This document shows, piece after piece, positions 39,233 to 51,727 of a stretch of DNA of 64,000 nucleotides. Origin of the DNA: Octopus sinensis (Eukaryota); NCBI RefSeq assembly GCF_006345805.1, contig NC_042998.1:42842001-42906000 (forward strand). Reading direction: 5' to 3'. The position numbers and the translations under genes are program-made. Numbering within the stretch: the stretch's first letter is position 1; every line of letters starts with the position of its first letter. The notes beneath the pieces are model-generated. The model ran no database searches. It was not told the origin of the DNA and saw only the letters and a list, made by a program, of their open reading frames with translations.

Positions 39233-40256
39233 CAGTGTTTCTCAACCCTTTTTCCCTTGTGTAACCCTTCAAATAAATTACATGTCTCAAGGAACCCCTG
39301 CACAAAGAAATATATACAGGCGCCGGAGTGACTGTGTGGTAAGTAGCTTGCTTACCAACCACATGGCTCCGGGTTCAGTCCCACTGTGTGGCACCTTGGG
39401 CAAGTGTCTTCTACTATAGCCTTGTGACCAAAGCCTTGTGAGTGGATTTGGCAGATGGAAACTGAAAGAATCCCGTCGTATATATATATATATATATATC
39501 ATCATCATCATCGTTTAACGTCCGTTTTCCGCGCTAGCACGGGTTGGACGGTTTCGACCGGGGTCTGGGGAGCCAGGGGCTGCCCCAGGCTCCAGTCTGG
39601 TCTGGCAGTGTTTCTACAGCTGGATGCCCTTCCTAACGCCAACCACTCCGCGAGTGTAGTGGGTGCTTTTTACGTGCCACCTGCACAGGTGCCAGAGGGG
39701 TCTGGCATCGGCCACGGTCAGTTGGTGCTTTTTATGTGCCACCTGCACAGAAGCCAGTCGGGGCGGTGCTGGCATCGGCCACGTTCGGATGGTGCTTTTT
39801 GTGGGGGGGGGGAGGGTGCAGAAATATAGGGGAGCACCAGTGGGGAGGGGTGTTCGGATATATATATATATATGTGCGTGTGTGTGTGTGTGTATGTATG
39901 TTTTTGTCCCCTCTATGTTTAACCCCTTGTGGGTAATAAAGAAATAATATATGTGTGTGTATATGTTTGTGTGTCTGTGTTTGTCCCCCCAACATCGATT
40001 GAAAACCGATGTTGGTGTGTTTACGTCCTCATCATTTAGCGGTTCGGCAAGAGAGGCCAATAGAATAAATACTAGGTTCACAAAGAATAAGTCCTGGGGT
40101 CGATTTGCTCGACTAAAGGCAATGCTCCAGCATGACCACAGTCAAATGACTGAAACAAAAATAAAAGAAAGAAAAGAATATACCATATCTTTCTCATAAT
40201 TTCACTCTTTCTCGTGGAACCCTAGGGTTCCAGGAAACCCCGGTTGAGATACACTG
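39233..40256. mobile_element. hAT-like non-autonomous element carrying nested SINEs
   Basis: TIRs CAGTGTTTCTCAACC / CAGTGTATCTCAACC (reverse complement); interior has family A, B and C pieces; TSD degenerate. Confidence 0.75.
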
Positions 40257-40259
40257 ATT

Positions 40260-40700
40260 GAGACACTTAAAGTTTGCACTTTTTGATGATATAATATATT
40301 CTTCTGCTTGACTGAAAGTTTCACTCTCAGATATATCATCAGTCACATGTAATCTAATCTCTTTTGATGCTTCTTTGATTCATTGAACTTCCTTGATAGC
40401 ATTTGAAGTAAGGGTGTATCATTGATGCAGTCAACATATTCTACAAAGATACCATCACTCAGATTTTATCACCTGATGGTGTTATGGATACCTTTGAGAT
40501 CCTGCAGGAGTATCACAAGGAGACACCCTTGCATCTCTTCTGTTGACTGTTCTTGGACTACTTGGTATGAATTACAATATTTAATGCAGAAGAAACAGGT
40601 TTCCAAATAGGTCCTTAAAAAAGCAAATGTTATTATTGATGTAGATTATGCAGGTGATATAGCTCTTGACCCCGTAGAACATTGAGAGGGTGAGAGAGAG
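40260..40700. mobile_element. RTE-clade LINE remnants
   Basis: YKDTITQILSPDGVMDTFEIL then (frameshift) GVSQGDTLASLLL on +; the 40260-40400 piece appears to lie on -. Confidence 0.7.
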
Positions 40701-40884
40701 GGCTGCACCAGCATCTTGCTGGTACTAAGTTGAAGTTCAGTAGAGTTAAGTAATGATATGAAGTTCCTTGCTGGAGAATAAATATGCTGATGGAAAAAAA
40801 ACAGGGGAGAATCTAATGTTTTGAGTTATATATATATATATATATATATGTAAATGTAATATGTGGCAATTATTCGGTAGCCAT

Positions 40885-40945
40885 GATAAAACTCCAAGTT
40901 TCAGATGCCAAGGTGGAAATCTACGCTGCTATCTCTTCAGTTATT
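40885..40945 (-). ncRNA. Type I hammerhead ribozyme motif, copy 1 (core intact, U at position 11.1)
   Basis: AAUAA CUGAAGA [GAUAG...CAUCU] GAAA CUU-G-GAG UU UUAUC. Confidence 0.65.
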
Positions 40946-41021
40946 CGGCCATCGGAAAAATGCTATGAAAATAGAGGAATTTATCTGTAAATGTAATATG
41001 TGACAATTATTCGGTAGCCAT

Positions 41022-41080
41022 GATAAAACTCTGAGTTTTGGATGCCTAGTGGAAAACCATCCACCATCTCTTCAGTTATA
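41022..41080 (-). ncRNA. Type I hammerhead motif, copy 2 (G12 to A, probably inactive)
   Basis: UAUAA CUGAAGA [GAUGG...CAUCC] AAAA CUC-A-GAG UU UUAUC. Confidence 0.55.
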
Positions 41081-41116
41081 TGCCCATTGGAAAAATTTTT
41101 TGTGATGGCTAGACCA

Positions 41117-41177
41117 GATAACTGAAGAGATGGCAGCATGGATTTCCACCTCAGCATCCGAAACTCAGAGTTTTATC
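41117..41177 (+). ncRNA. Type I hammerhead ribozyme motif, copy 3 (complete core)
   Basis: Stem I GAUAA 41117-41121 pairs with UUAUC 41173-41177; CUGAAGA 41122-41128; stem II 41129-41159; GAAA 41160-41163; stem III CUC-A-GAG; predicted GUU cleavage after 41172. Confidence 0.75.
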
Positions 41178-42049
41178 ATGGCTACCGAATAATTGTCACA
41201 TATTACATTTACAGATAAATTCCTCTATTTACATAATATCGAGGTCTCTTTCTTTCTTTTGTTGTCTTATCATTTTTATCAATATATATATATATATATA
41301 TAAAGAAATAGAAATAATAGAAACAAGAGAAAGAGAAAAAGACGAAGACATATGACCTTCTATCTACAGTGTTTGTATACATTGCAGGCCTAGAGTAAAA
41401 CTGAAGTTGATTAGTGAAATAGAAAGGCTGGAAGTGGAGACTCAAATTAGTTCTATTGAGAGTTAAGTGGGGAGAGATGAGGCAAAGAGAGCAAAAAAGA
41501 GAATAAGTGAGGAGCGTGAGAGAGAAAGCAAGAAAGAGAGAAGGGAAGTGAGAGGAGAAGTGAGGAACTCATGATATCAGTGTATGTGAGTAATGAAATG
41601 TTGTTAAGTGTGCAATGTTTTCATTCGTGTAGGTGATAGGCAGCTTCTAATGTGTATCAAGAAATATAAAGTTCCTGCACCTTGGTATACAAAAGTTATT
41701 CTTCCAAACAACAAAGAATATACATGTACATACACATACTTATCGACATGCACACATGTGAACATATAACAACACATACATACATACACTGTGGTGATTG
41801 TGGTTGTGCATGTGTGTAAAGCAGCGAGTCGTGTGGTGGTGTAGACGTGTAGAATTAGTCTGTTAGTCTGTGGCAAATGAGGGGTATCTCTGCAGAATGT
41901 GTATGTGTGGTATGTTACATTGAGGAGATAGTAGTTTGGGAGTATGGTTCTTAGTGTAAGGTGAGATGGTATGTGATGCATATATACATATATATGCATA
42001 TAAGTATACATTACACACACACACACATATACATATATATGTATATAAA

Positions 42050-42051
42050 TC

Positions 42052-42083
<32 letters not shown>

Positions 42084-42111
42084 CCTATTTATTTATCTAT
42101 CTATCTATCTA

Positions 42112-42157
<46 letters not shown>
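42050..42157. repeat. (TCTA)n + (TA)n microsatellite
   Basis: Direct reading. Confidence 0.95.
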
Positions 42158-42164
<7 letters not shown>

Positions 42165-42475
42165 CACGTAAAAAGCACCATCCGTTCGTGGCCATTTCCA
42201 GCCTCGCCTGGCCCCCGTGCCGGTGGCACATAAAAAGCACCATCCGATCGTGGCCGTTTGCCAGACTCGTCTGGCGCCTGTGCCGGTGGCACGTAAAAAG
42301 CACCCACTACACTCATGGAGTGGTTGGCGTTAGGAAGGGCATCCAGCCGTAGAAACATTGCCAGATCAAACTGGGCCTGGCGCAGCCTTCTGGCTTTCCA
42401 GATCCCAGTTAAACCGTCCAACCCATGCTAGCATGGAAAGCGGACACTAAACGATGATGATGATGATGATGATGA
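42158..42475 (+). mobile_element. SINE family B, low divergence, 5'-truncated at a (TA)n tract
   Basis: Three GGTGGCAC(G/A)TAAAAAGCACC units, conserved body, (GAT)n tail. Confidence 0.9.
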
Positions 42476-42530
42476 TATATATGTATGTATGTATATGTAT
42501 ATATATATATTTATATATTTATATATATAT

Positions 42531-42578
<48 letters not shown>

Positions 42579-42879
42579 CCACCATATATATATATATATA
42601 TATCTGTGTGTGTGTGTGTATGTGACATTAGAATGACAAAGGAATAAATAATTGTGTTATACACTTCATAAGCCTACATCTGTTTCTTCTATGCAATGTA
42701 CTCATAGTCGAACGCTTGGAAATCACCCTATAACTTCATCAAAGCTTCAAATATGAGGTTCATAGCATGACTGTTTATTCCTTTTTCTGTACTCAACTGA
42801 TGCTTCATTCTGAAGCATATGTATACCAAATTCTAATACTGGGTTATTAGTATCACTATGCCTTAGCAAAATATCTATG

Positions 42880-43137
42880 TACCTGTGCCAGTGGCATATG
42901 TAAAAAGATTTGAGCAAGGTCGTTGCTAGTACCACCTGACTGGCCCCCATGCTGGTGGCATGTAAAAGCACCCACTATACTCTCAGAGTGGTTGGCATTA
43001 GGAAGGGCATCCAGCAGTAGAAACTCTGCCAGATCAAGATTGGAGCCTGGTGCAGCCATCTGGTTCGCCAGCCCTCAGTCAAAATCGTCCAACCTATGCT
43101 AGCATGGAAAGCGGATATTAAACGATGATGATGATCA
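42880..43137 (+). mobile_element. SINE family B
   Basis: Same body and tail as 20930-21390. Confidence 0.85.
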
Positions 43138-44029
43138 TGTGTGTGTGTGTATCTATATGGAAGAAAAAAAACCGATGAAACAAAACTCCATTGGTGGTGA
43201 ACTCAGAGTTTCCTGGGAAATTCCGAAGTCCCACTGCCTTTTTTCCGGAAGAAAGTAGCTGGTGGTAGGTTTGGCGGTGAGATACATTGAATGCACTCAA
43301 AAAAACCTGTGGAAAAAATTATTTCACACCCAAGTACGAATGGGTCCTTTACGAAATATTTACCCAAGATCGGGACAGACATATGAATAGCAGGATTGAT
43401 GAGACTGATAAAGCAAGGGCTGAGCATCTTGGCAGAACAGAGGGAAAGGGACAGAAGCAGGAGAAATCAGGAATCAGACACTTGAAGAGCTGAACATCTG
43501 GTGAAACAGAGAGAAAGAGACAAAAGCAGGAGACATCATGAATCAGATGCTCATGTGAATACAAATGGAATAAAACAAGTTTTGCATAAATTGGATCATG
43601 GATTATCGAGATATGTGGTTTTTTTCAGGTACCTTTATAAATAGCCAAACCAGTAGATAATGGAGAAAATGCTTTGAAAGTAAGGTACCATTGAAATGTG
43701 AATACACACTGAATAACAGAAGTTTTGTGTAAATTAGACCATGAATTCCCAAGATATGCAGATTTTCAGGTACCTTGAGCTATTGGTGACCCAACAGGTC
43801 ATGGAAATCTAGTATATACATGTATCCATATACATCAGTGCTCAAAATGAGGAGTAGATAGACAGCCGACAACTGTTGGAGGATCGTTCTTCTTGTTACT
43901 TGTCCTGTTTTCCATTTGTTTCTCTTGTTATTTGTGTATTGAACTCATTTGTTTTCATATTTCATGTTGTTTGCTGTTGGTGACGTCCTGTACCCATATG
44001 CATGTGCATATATATATGTGTGTGCGTGC

Positions 44030-44071
<42 letters not shown>

Positions 44072-44154
44072 ATATTTTGGAATGGTCATTTTGCCAGTTT
44101 AGCCAATCTTGCACAACAAATATATAAATGTTCTATATATATATATATAAAACA

Positions 44155-44205
<51 letters not shown>

Positions 44206-45225
44206 CAAGAGAGAAGATGGAGATAGGATTAATAAAAGTTTATATCATTGACAAGATCAGATCTACAATTAGTTCAATTCATCACTTGCAGCGTAAAAAT
44301 TAATCAAATTTAATTTAATTTAACTAAATTAATTTGGTTAATTACTACAAGTAAGAATATATTCAGGGAAGGATGCACAAAGAAATTTATTATATTTAAA
44401 ACAAAATGAAAACATAAAAAACAGGAAGAATACCATGTACCATTATAGTTAAAAATATATACACAGTTATAGAAATAGATATGAAATCATAAATTAATAT
44501 AAATAATTTTACCCTTGTAAAATACAGTTGCATATATATCCATGTGTGTGTGCGTGCATCATTGTCTCTTTTCCATGCTGACATGGGTTGGATAGTTAGA
44601 TAGGAGCTCTACTATCAGCTCTAGCATGGTTTCTAAAGCTGGATGCCCTTCCTAATGTCAACCACTTTACAGAGTGTGCTGGGGGATTTTTACATGGCAC
44701 CAGCACTGGTGATGCCACTGAGTAACTTGCAAAACAAGGACCCCCTCAGCTAAGAGGGGGAGCTGTATTGAGGGAAGTGGCTTTGTACCAGGTAATGAGA
44801 AGTTAAACGATGAGAGGGACAGAAACAAGCAAAGGATATACATACTACTCCAGTCAAAGAGAGTGAGAGAGAGAGAGAGAAGGGGGGGGGAGAAAGAGAG
44901 AGAGAAGAGAGAGAGGGAGAAAGAGAGAGGGAGAGTGGGAAAATGTGCTATGGCATACACTGAAGGTAGAATGAGGTGAATGTAAGAGGAATGGTACAGG
45001 GGATTGGAGATAGAGTTATTAAGCAAGGGGTCCATGAGAGTGCAAAAGGAGAGTAGGAGAGCAGGAAGGAGAAGGGGACTGCAGTGAGTGGTGAACATGG
45101 GTATATAAGGGAGTAGCAAGATAATGATACAGTTGGCAGAATGGCAGAGAGAGAGAATGACAAAGCAGCATTGGGATGCAGGAGCAAGGGTGGGCAGAGA
45201 CAAGCATAGTGTGTAATGAGATGTT

Positions 45226-45440
45226 TGAGGGTGCTGAAAATTTCCTGGCTTTAAGGGTCTCACAAAAGGCCTGGCCGGAGATCCACCCTTCTGAGTTCTT
45301 TCACAGGGCTTAGAAGACCTAAAGGACTGCTGTAGTAAATGTGTGAATCTGAGGAGGGAATATGTTGACTAAAATCATAATTAACTGATCCTCCTGTATT
45401 TTCTTCTATCTAAAGCCAGGAACTTTTCATCACCCCCTTG
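45226..45440. mobile_element. Mariner-derived MITE (same family as 15313)
   Basis: TIRs GAGGGTGCTGAAAATTTCCTGGCTTT / AAAGCCAGGAACTTTTCATCACCCCC. Confidence 0.85.
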
Positions 45441-45654
45441 TGGTTTGGTACATTGAAATGATGGAACAGCAGAATCAATGTAGCATGGGAGTGGAGAAAG
45501 CATAATACACAGTGCTTCCAGAAACTCAGTTTCACTGAGGTAGGTGGATCTTCTCAAGAACTACATATTACCAAACATCTTGGTCCACTGTCATCTCCTC
45601 ATTAAGGCTGAACATCTTGAGATCGGCCCTCACTACTTCATCCCATGTTTTCCT

Positions 45655-45690
<36 letters not shown>

Positions 45691-45750
45691 TATATATATA
45701 TATCCGTCAAACCCATGCTAGCATGGAAAACAGACGTTAAATGATGATGA

Positions 45751-45794
<44 letters not shown>

Positions 45795-45959
45795 GTCATT
45801 ATTCAGTTTTATTTCAAGATTTCTTGTCAATAGAGAAGGAGCTGGTTTCTAACCTAAATCCAAGGCTCCTTCATTTGAATTTAAGCAACATCAACAAAAT
45901 ATTCTTGCATGTATGTGTGGGTATGTGCTGTATTTAGAATCAGTGCATATACATATTAG

Positions 45960-46074
45960 TGTATGTATGTATGTATGTATGTATGTATGTATGCATGTAT
46001 GTGTGCATATGTGTATGTATGTGTGTGTGTCTGTCTATTTATCTCTCTATTATCCATCTATCTATCTGTGTGTG

Positions 46075-46151
<77 letters not shown>

Positions 46152-46200
46152 GTCTGTGTGTGCGTGTGTGTGTGCACGTGCATGCATACGCATGTGCGTG
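45960..46200. repeat. (GTAT)n/(TCTA)n/(GT)n compound microsatellite
   Basis: Direct reading. Confidence 0.95.
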
Positions 46201-46831
46201 TAGGCACAAGTTTGGCTGCGTGGTTAAGAAATTTGCATTGTAACCATATAATTTTGGTATCTAAGGCAAGGGTGTTTCACTGTAACCTAAATCTTGCCTA
46301 AACCTTCTGTGTAGATTTGGTGGACTGAGAATGAAGAAAGCCACTTGTATGTATATATGTATGTATGTGAATTCTGTGTTCACATGAGCATGTGTGTATG
46401 TGCACATGTATGTGTATACATGTGTGTGTATGTGTGTGTGTGTGTTCCAGTATACACATTTGTAATATTCACAATGTAGACCAGAAAGTGAAACAAAAAA
46501 AAAAGAAAAGGTAAATAAATAAAACCCACCCACAGGATGCCAGGTTGTATAAGCTGTTCAAAAGTATAATAAAATGGTAAGTTGTACTTCAGTAGTAATG
46601 CAAGTAAACTCTAGTGTCTTTCCCACAGATACAATGAAATACTATCTGCATGCTTTGATTCATGTGCCAAGAGTTCAGTATTAATAGTGTGTACTTAGAT
46701 ATTAGATGCATAGGCACACACACACACGCACACACACGCACACACATACACACACATGCAGAGTCACATACACATGCTCACCCACTCACTCACACACTCA
46801 CACACAAACACACACACATACTCATACACAC

Positions 46832-46875
<44 letters not shown>

Positions 46876-47757
46876 ATACATATGTATGTCGATACGTATG
46901 TAGGTGTGTGTGTGTTTGTGTATACACTTAATAGCTAGGTACACTACGTGTAGGTGTGTGTGTGTGTGTGTTTCTAGAAATGGTTGGCATTTTCTCTGGT
47001 GATTAAAACGTCAGACTTTTTCTGTTCTTTAAATGTTTTAGTAGAAATGTTGCATGTGTGAAAAAAAAATGTCTGTTACCTAAATGATATTAAACAAACC
47101 AAATAAGTATCATATAATGTTCATTTGAATTTATCAGTTTTGCTCATGCATAATAGGCTGATATATATATATCATATTCTCTGTGCTGATTTCCTGTTGT
47201 AGTGCACCTGTATCATCTTCATCATCATCATCATCATCATCATTGTATATTACTTTTGAACAGCAACCGTTCTATCATAATAGATGGATAGCTGCAAAGA
47301 AAAGTGAATAGTAAGGGACAATACTACACAGAGAATAGAATGATGGTCTATATAATGAGAACTTTGTGAAATTATAAATTTATCCTGGAAGAGGCACAGG
47401 TATAAAAAAAAAACATGAAAAAATATATTGCCATGGGCACAAGTGTATGTACAGTTAAAAAGCATGCTTTTTTGAAAATGTGGTTTTGTGTTCAAATCAA
47501 ACTGCATAGCATCTTAGGCAGTTCTCTCCTACGATAGCTCCTGGTTGACAAATACCTTGTGAGTTAATTTGGTAGACATAAACTGTGCAGAAGTCTGTCA
47601 TATGTACGCGCATGTGGGAGTGTGTGTTTATGTCTGTGTATGCGTGTGTGCATGTGTGTGTGAGTGTTTGTGTCTCTGCATGCATATGTGTGTGTGTATC
47701 TGTCTGTCTTTGTGTCTGCGTATGTCCCCACCACCACAAGCACCACCACTTGAAAAC

Positions 47758-47869
47758 TTATTCTTTGTAAGCCTAGTACTTATTCTATTGGTCTCTTTTG
47801 CCGAACCGCTAAGTTATAGGGATGTAAACACACCAGCATCAGGTGTCAAGCAATGTTGTGGGGGGACAA

Positions 47870-47900
<31 letters not shown>

Positions 47901-48085
47901 TACATATATATGCATATATACGACAGGCTTCTTTCAGTTTCCGTCTCCCAAATCCACTCACAAGGCTTTGGTCGGCCCGATGCTATAGTAGAAGACACTT
48001 GCCCAAAGTGCCATGCAGTTGGACTGAACCCGGAACCATGTGGTTCGTAAGCAAGCTACTTACCACACAGCCACTCCTACGCCTG
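47758..48085 (-). mobile_element. SINE family A
   Basis: Head and core as above, 3' end truncated. Confidence 0.9.
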
Positions 48086-48664
48086 TTTAAATGCTAAAGA
48101 GTTAACCTATTACAATATATAAATCAGACAGTTTGTCAGACATTTAGCTTATAACTTTAAAATTTTGTAAAATGAGTTTCAATATCTCACAACTTATTCT
48201 AACCATTTAGTGTTAGGTGAATGCATTACCAATTTGAAGTATATTGTTTTTAGAATGTTTTCTTACTTTTGTATACTGATATAGGTGCATAGGTGCAGAT
48301 GATGATGATGATGATGACGTTGATGATGATGTGTAAAATACTCTGCTATTTAGTGGAACACTCACTGGAAGTTAGTTGCAAAATAAATAAATAAAAGAAG
48401 AAAGAGAAAACCTGAAAAAGTAAGTGTTGTAGCTATTGAATTCAAGGATAACACTCGGTGCAGTTTTTTGTATACTGATATAGGTACATGGCTGTTGCGG
48501 TAAGAAGTTTGCCATTGCTCTGGTTTCAGTCTCCTACTATAACCCTGGGTCAACCATAGCCTTGTAAGTGGATTTGGCCTTGTTACTGGATTTGGAATCT
48601 GAAAGGAGCCTGTCCTGTGTGTATGTGTGTGTGTATATATTTTACTTCTCTTTCTCTCTTTTCT

Positions 48665-48931
48665 GTCTTTTACTTGTTTCAGTCATTTGAATGCGGCCAT
48701 GCTGGAGCACCGCCTTTAGTCGAGCAAATCGACCCCGGGACTTATTCTTAGTAAGCCCAGTACTTATTCTATCGGTCTCTTTTGCCGAACCGCTAAGTGA
48801 CAGGGAAGTAAACACACCAGCATCGGTTGTCAAGTAATGCTAGGGGGACAAACACAGACACACAAACATATACACACACACACACATATATATATATATA
48901 TTATATATATATATAATATATATATATATAT

Positions 48932-48963
<32 letters not shown>

Positions 48964-49126
48964 ACGACAGGCTTCTTTCAGTTTCTGTCTACCAAATCCA
49001 CTCACAAGGCATTGGTCGGCCTGGGGCTATAGCAGAAGACACTTGCCCAAGATGCCACGCAGTGGGACTGAACCCGGAACCATGTGGTTGGTTAGCAAGC
49101 TACTTACCACATAGCCACTCCTGCAC
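48665..49126 (-). mobile_element. SINE family A, full length with expanded internal TA tract; an older copy follows at ~49130-49520
   Basis: Complete head-to-tail match. Confidence 0.9.
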
Positions 49127-49582
49127 TTGTTTTAAATTGTGACCATGCTGGGGCACTGCCTTGAAGAATTTTTAGTTGAATATATTGATCCCAGTACATA
49201 TTTTATTTAGAAGTCTGGTACTTATTCTGTCAGTCTCTTTTGCCAAATCACTAAGTCACAGGGATGTAAACACACCAGCATCAGTTATCAAGTGGTCAAG
49301 AGGGACAGACTCAAAGGCATGCATACACACACAAACACACACACACACACACGAATATGCACATATATATGGCGGGCTTCTTTCAGTTTCTGTCCACACA
49401 CAGGGCTTTGGTTGGTCAGAGGCTATAGCAGAAGACACTTGGCAAAGTTGCCACATAGTGAGACTGAATCCCAAACTATATGGTTGGGAAGCAAGCTTCT
49501 TACAACACAGCCACACCTGCATCTATACATCTATATATAAATACATACATACATACACATACACACATATGTGTGTGTGTGA

Positions 49583-49625
<43 letters not shown>

Positions 49626-50199
49626 CGTTAGGAAGGGCATCCAGCTGTAGAAACATTGCCAGATAAGACTGGAGCCTGGTGCAGCCTTCTGGCTTCCCAG
49701 ATCCCCGGTCGAACCGTCCAACCCATGCTAGCATGGAGAACGGACGTTAAACGATGATGATGATGATGATGATGATATATATATATATATATATACGTAT
49801 ACTGCTTAATGTCAGGCAAATGAAGGAGTGCTCAATACATGTTGTAGAGAATGTTGTTTACCATTAATCTGGAGACAAACTCTAGCTACAGTTTTAATAA
49901 AAACTATGTGTGCATGTGCAATCTGGGGTGGGGAGCATTCTGTCACTTTGTCTTGACATTATGTAACAGTTGTAAATGAGAGACACTGTCAAACATAGTG
50001 TAATTCATGTCCAATATTCTGCAAGAACATGTCTGGTCATGGGGAAATATTACCTTACTTGGAGACAGGGGAGAGTTGGCAACTGGAAGGGCATCTGGCT
50101 GCAGAATATCTGCTCCAGATAGCTACTGCTCTAGATACCTGTTCCAGGCATCTCCTCCATCCAACTAATGCAAGCGTTGGAAGAGTGGATGTTAAAATC

Positions 50200-50252
50200 A
50201 TGATGATGATGATGATGATGATGATTATGATGGTGATATGATGATGATGATG

Positions 50253-50305
<53 letters not shown>

Positions 50306-50310
50306 TTGAT
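50200..50310. repeat. (GAT)n microsatellite
   Basis: Direct reading. Confidence 0.95.
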
Positions 50311-50684
50311 GTGTAAAATACTCTGCTATTTAGTGGAACACTCACTGGAAGTTAGTTGCAAAATAAATAAATAAATAAAAGAAGAAAGAGAAAACTTGAA
50401 AAAGTAAGTGTTGTAGCTATTGAATTCAAGGATAACACTAGAAATATCTCACTTATTACTAGGTAAGAAGAAAGTAAAAAAGGAAGAACGAAATCCTATA
50501 GGATATGGCCTATTTAGACCAAAAGTCTATGATATATTTATGCATTAATCTATATGTATGATCTGTATAAGAACTGTTAGAACCACACGTTGGTTACAAA
50601 ATTCCTTTTGTAATCATATTTGAAATATCCATGACTGCTATGTAGGTTACATTCTTCCCTATAAACCTCACCGTATTCTTGCAG

Positions 50685-50729
50685 TGTATGTTGTAAAGAC
50701 AAGATTGTTCAGTCAATGAGGAAAGGAAG
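50685..50729 (+). CDS. Weak candidate exon (xVCCKDKIVQSMRKGx), phase 2 to 2
   Basis: cctcaccgtattcttgcag acceptor, AAG|gtataa donor, 45 nt, one open frame. Confidence 0.25.
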
Positions 50730-51727
50730 GTATAATGCTTATCCAGGCATGGCTATGTAGGTGCAGGTATGGTTGTGTGGGTAAGAAGCTCATGTTGCAA
50801 CCACGTGGTGTCAGGTTTAGTCCCAGTGTACAGCACTTTCAAGGAGTTTCTTCTGCTATAGCTTTGAACCAACCAATGCCTTGTGAGAGAATTTGTAAAC
50901 TGAAAACTGTGTGGAAGCTCATCATGTGTGTTTGTGTGTGTATTTTTGTGTTTCTCCCCAGTTGGTTTGTTTATGTCCCCATAACTTAAAGGGTAAAGGG
51001 TAAAGACCCTCTTTGGTCATGAATAACTATGGGATTGCACCTAGAAGGTTCCTCTCCAAGGCATATATCTGGGCAAGGTTGTTTATGGAAGACCAACAGT
51101 TGCCCTTGCATACCAGCCTTCCCTCTCCACACCATAGATTTTATTCAAGGAAAAGGCAAATGCCAAGACAGCTTGGCACCATTGACATCACAACTCATTT
51201 CTACAGCTGAGTGAACTGGAACAAAGTAAAATAAAGTGTCTTGCTCAAGAACACAACATACAGCTCAGTTCATGAGTTGAACTCACTGCCACATGACTGT
51301 GAGCCTGATGCTCTAACCACTGAACCATGCACCTTTACATAATGGTTCATTAAAAGAGGCTGATGTTATAAGAAGTAGAATTAAAAAAAGATTTGTTTGA
51401 CTGAACCTTTCAAGACATTCTTTCAGCATGGTTGCAGTCCAGAAGCGAAACGAGAGATAAAACATGTGAAACTACAAAAATAGCAAAGTGTGTTGTACAG
51501 AATAAAAGGAAAATATTCTCAGAAAAAAGTAGGTAGTTGTCTTGTTTAATGTAATCTCGTTGTTTGGTGGATTTTTATTTCATACTGATATGAAATTTTC
51601 CTGTGAGTGCAGATAGATGTGTGGTGAAGAAATTCACTTTGCAATTCTGAAGACTCTTCATTGTTTCTGGTTTAGTACCACTATACACCAGTTTAGGCAA
51701 GGGTCCTTTAATATTGGATGATGTCAA

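Larger units (their letters stand above)
40850..41230. repeat. ~137-bp unit: two tandem copies plus one inverted copy (Penelope pLTR/retrozyme-like)
   Basis: GTAAATGTAATATGTG at 40850 and 40987; ~41105-41230 is the reverse complement of ~40968-41092. Confidence 0.92.

Noticed and set aside
46536-46680. Pair of plus-strand exon-like segments separated by a 52-nt intron
   Set aside because: Joining them creates TGA in the only open frame of the first segment.
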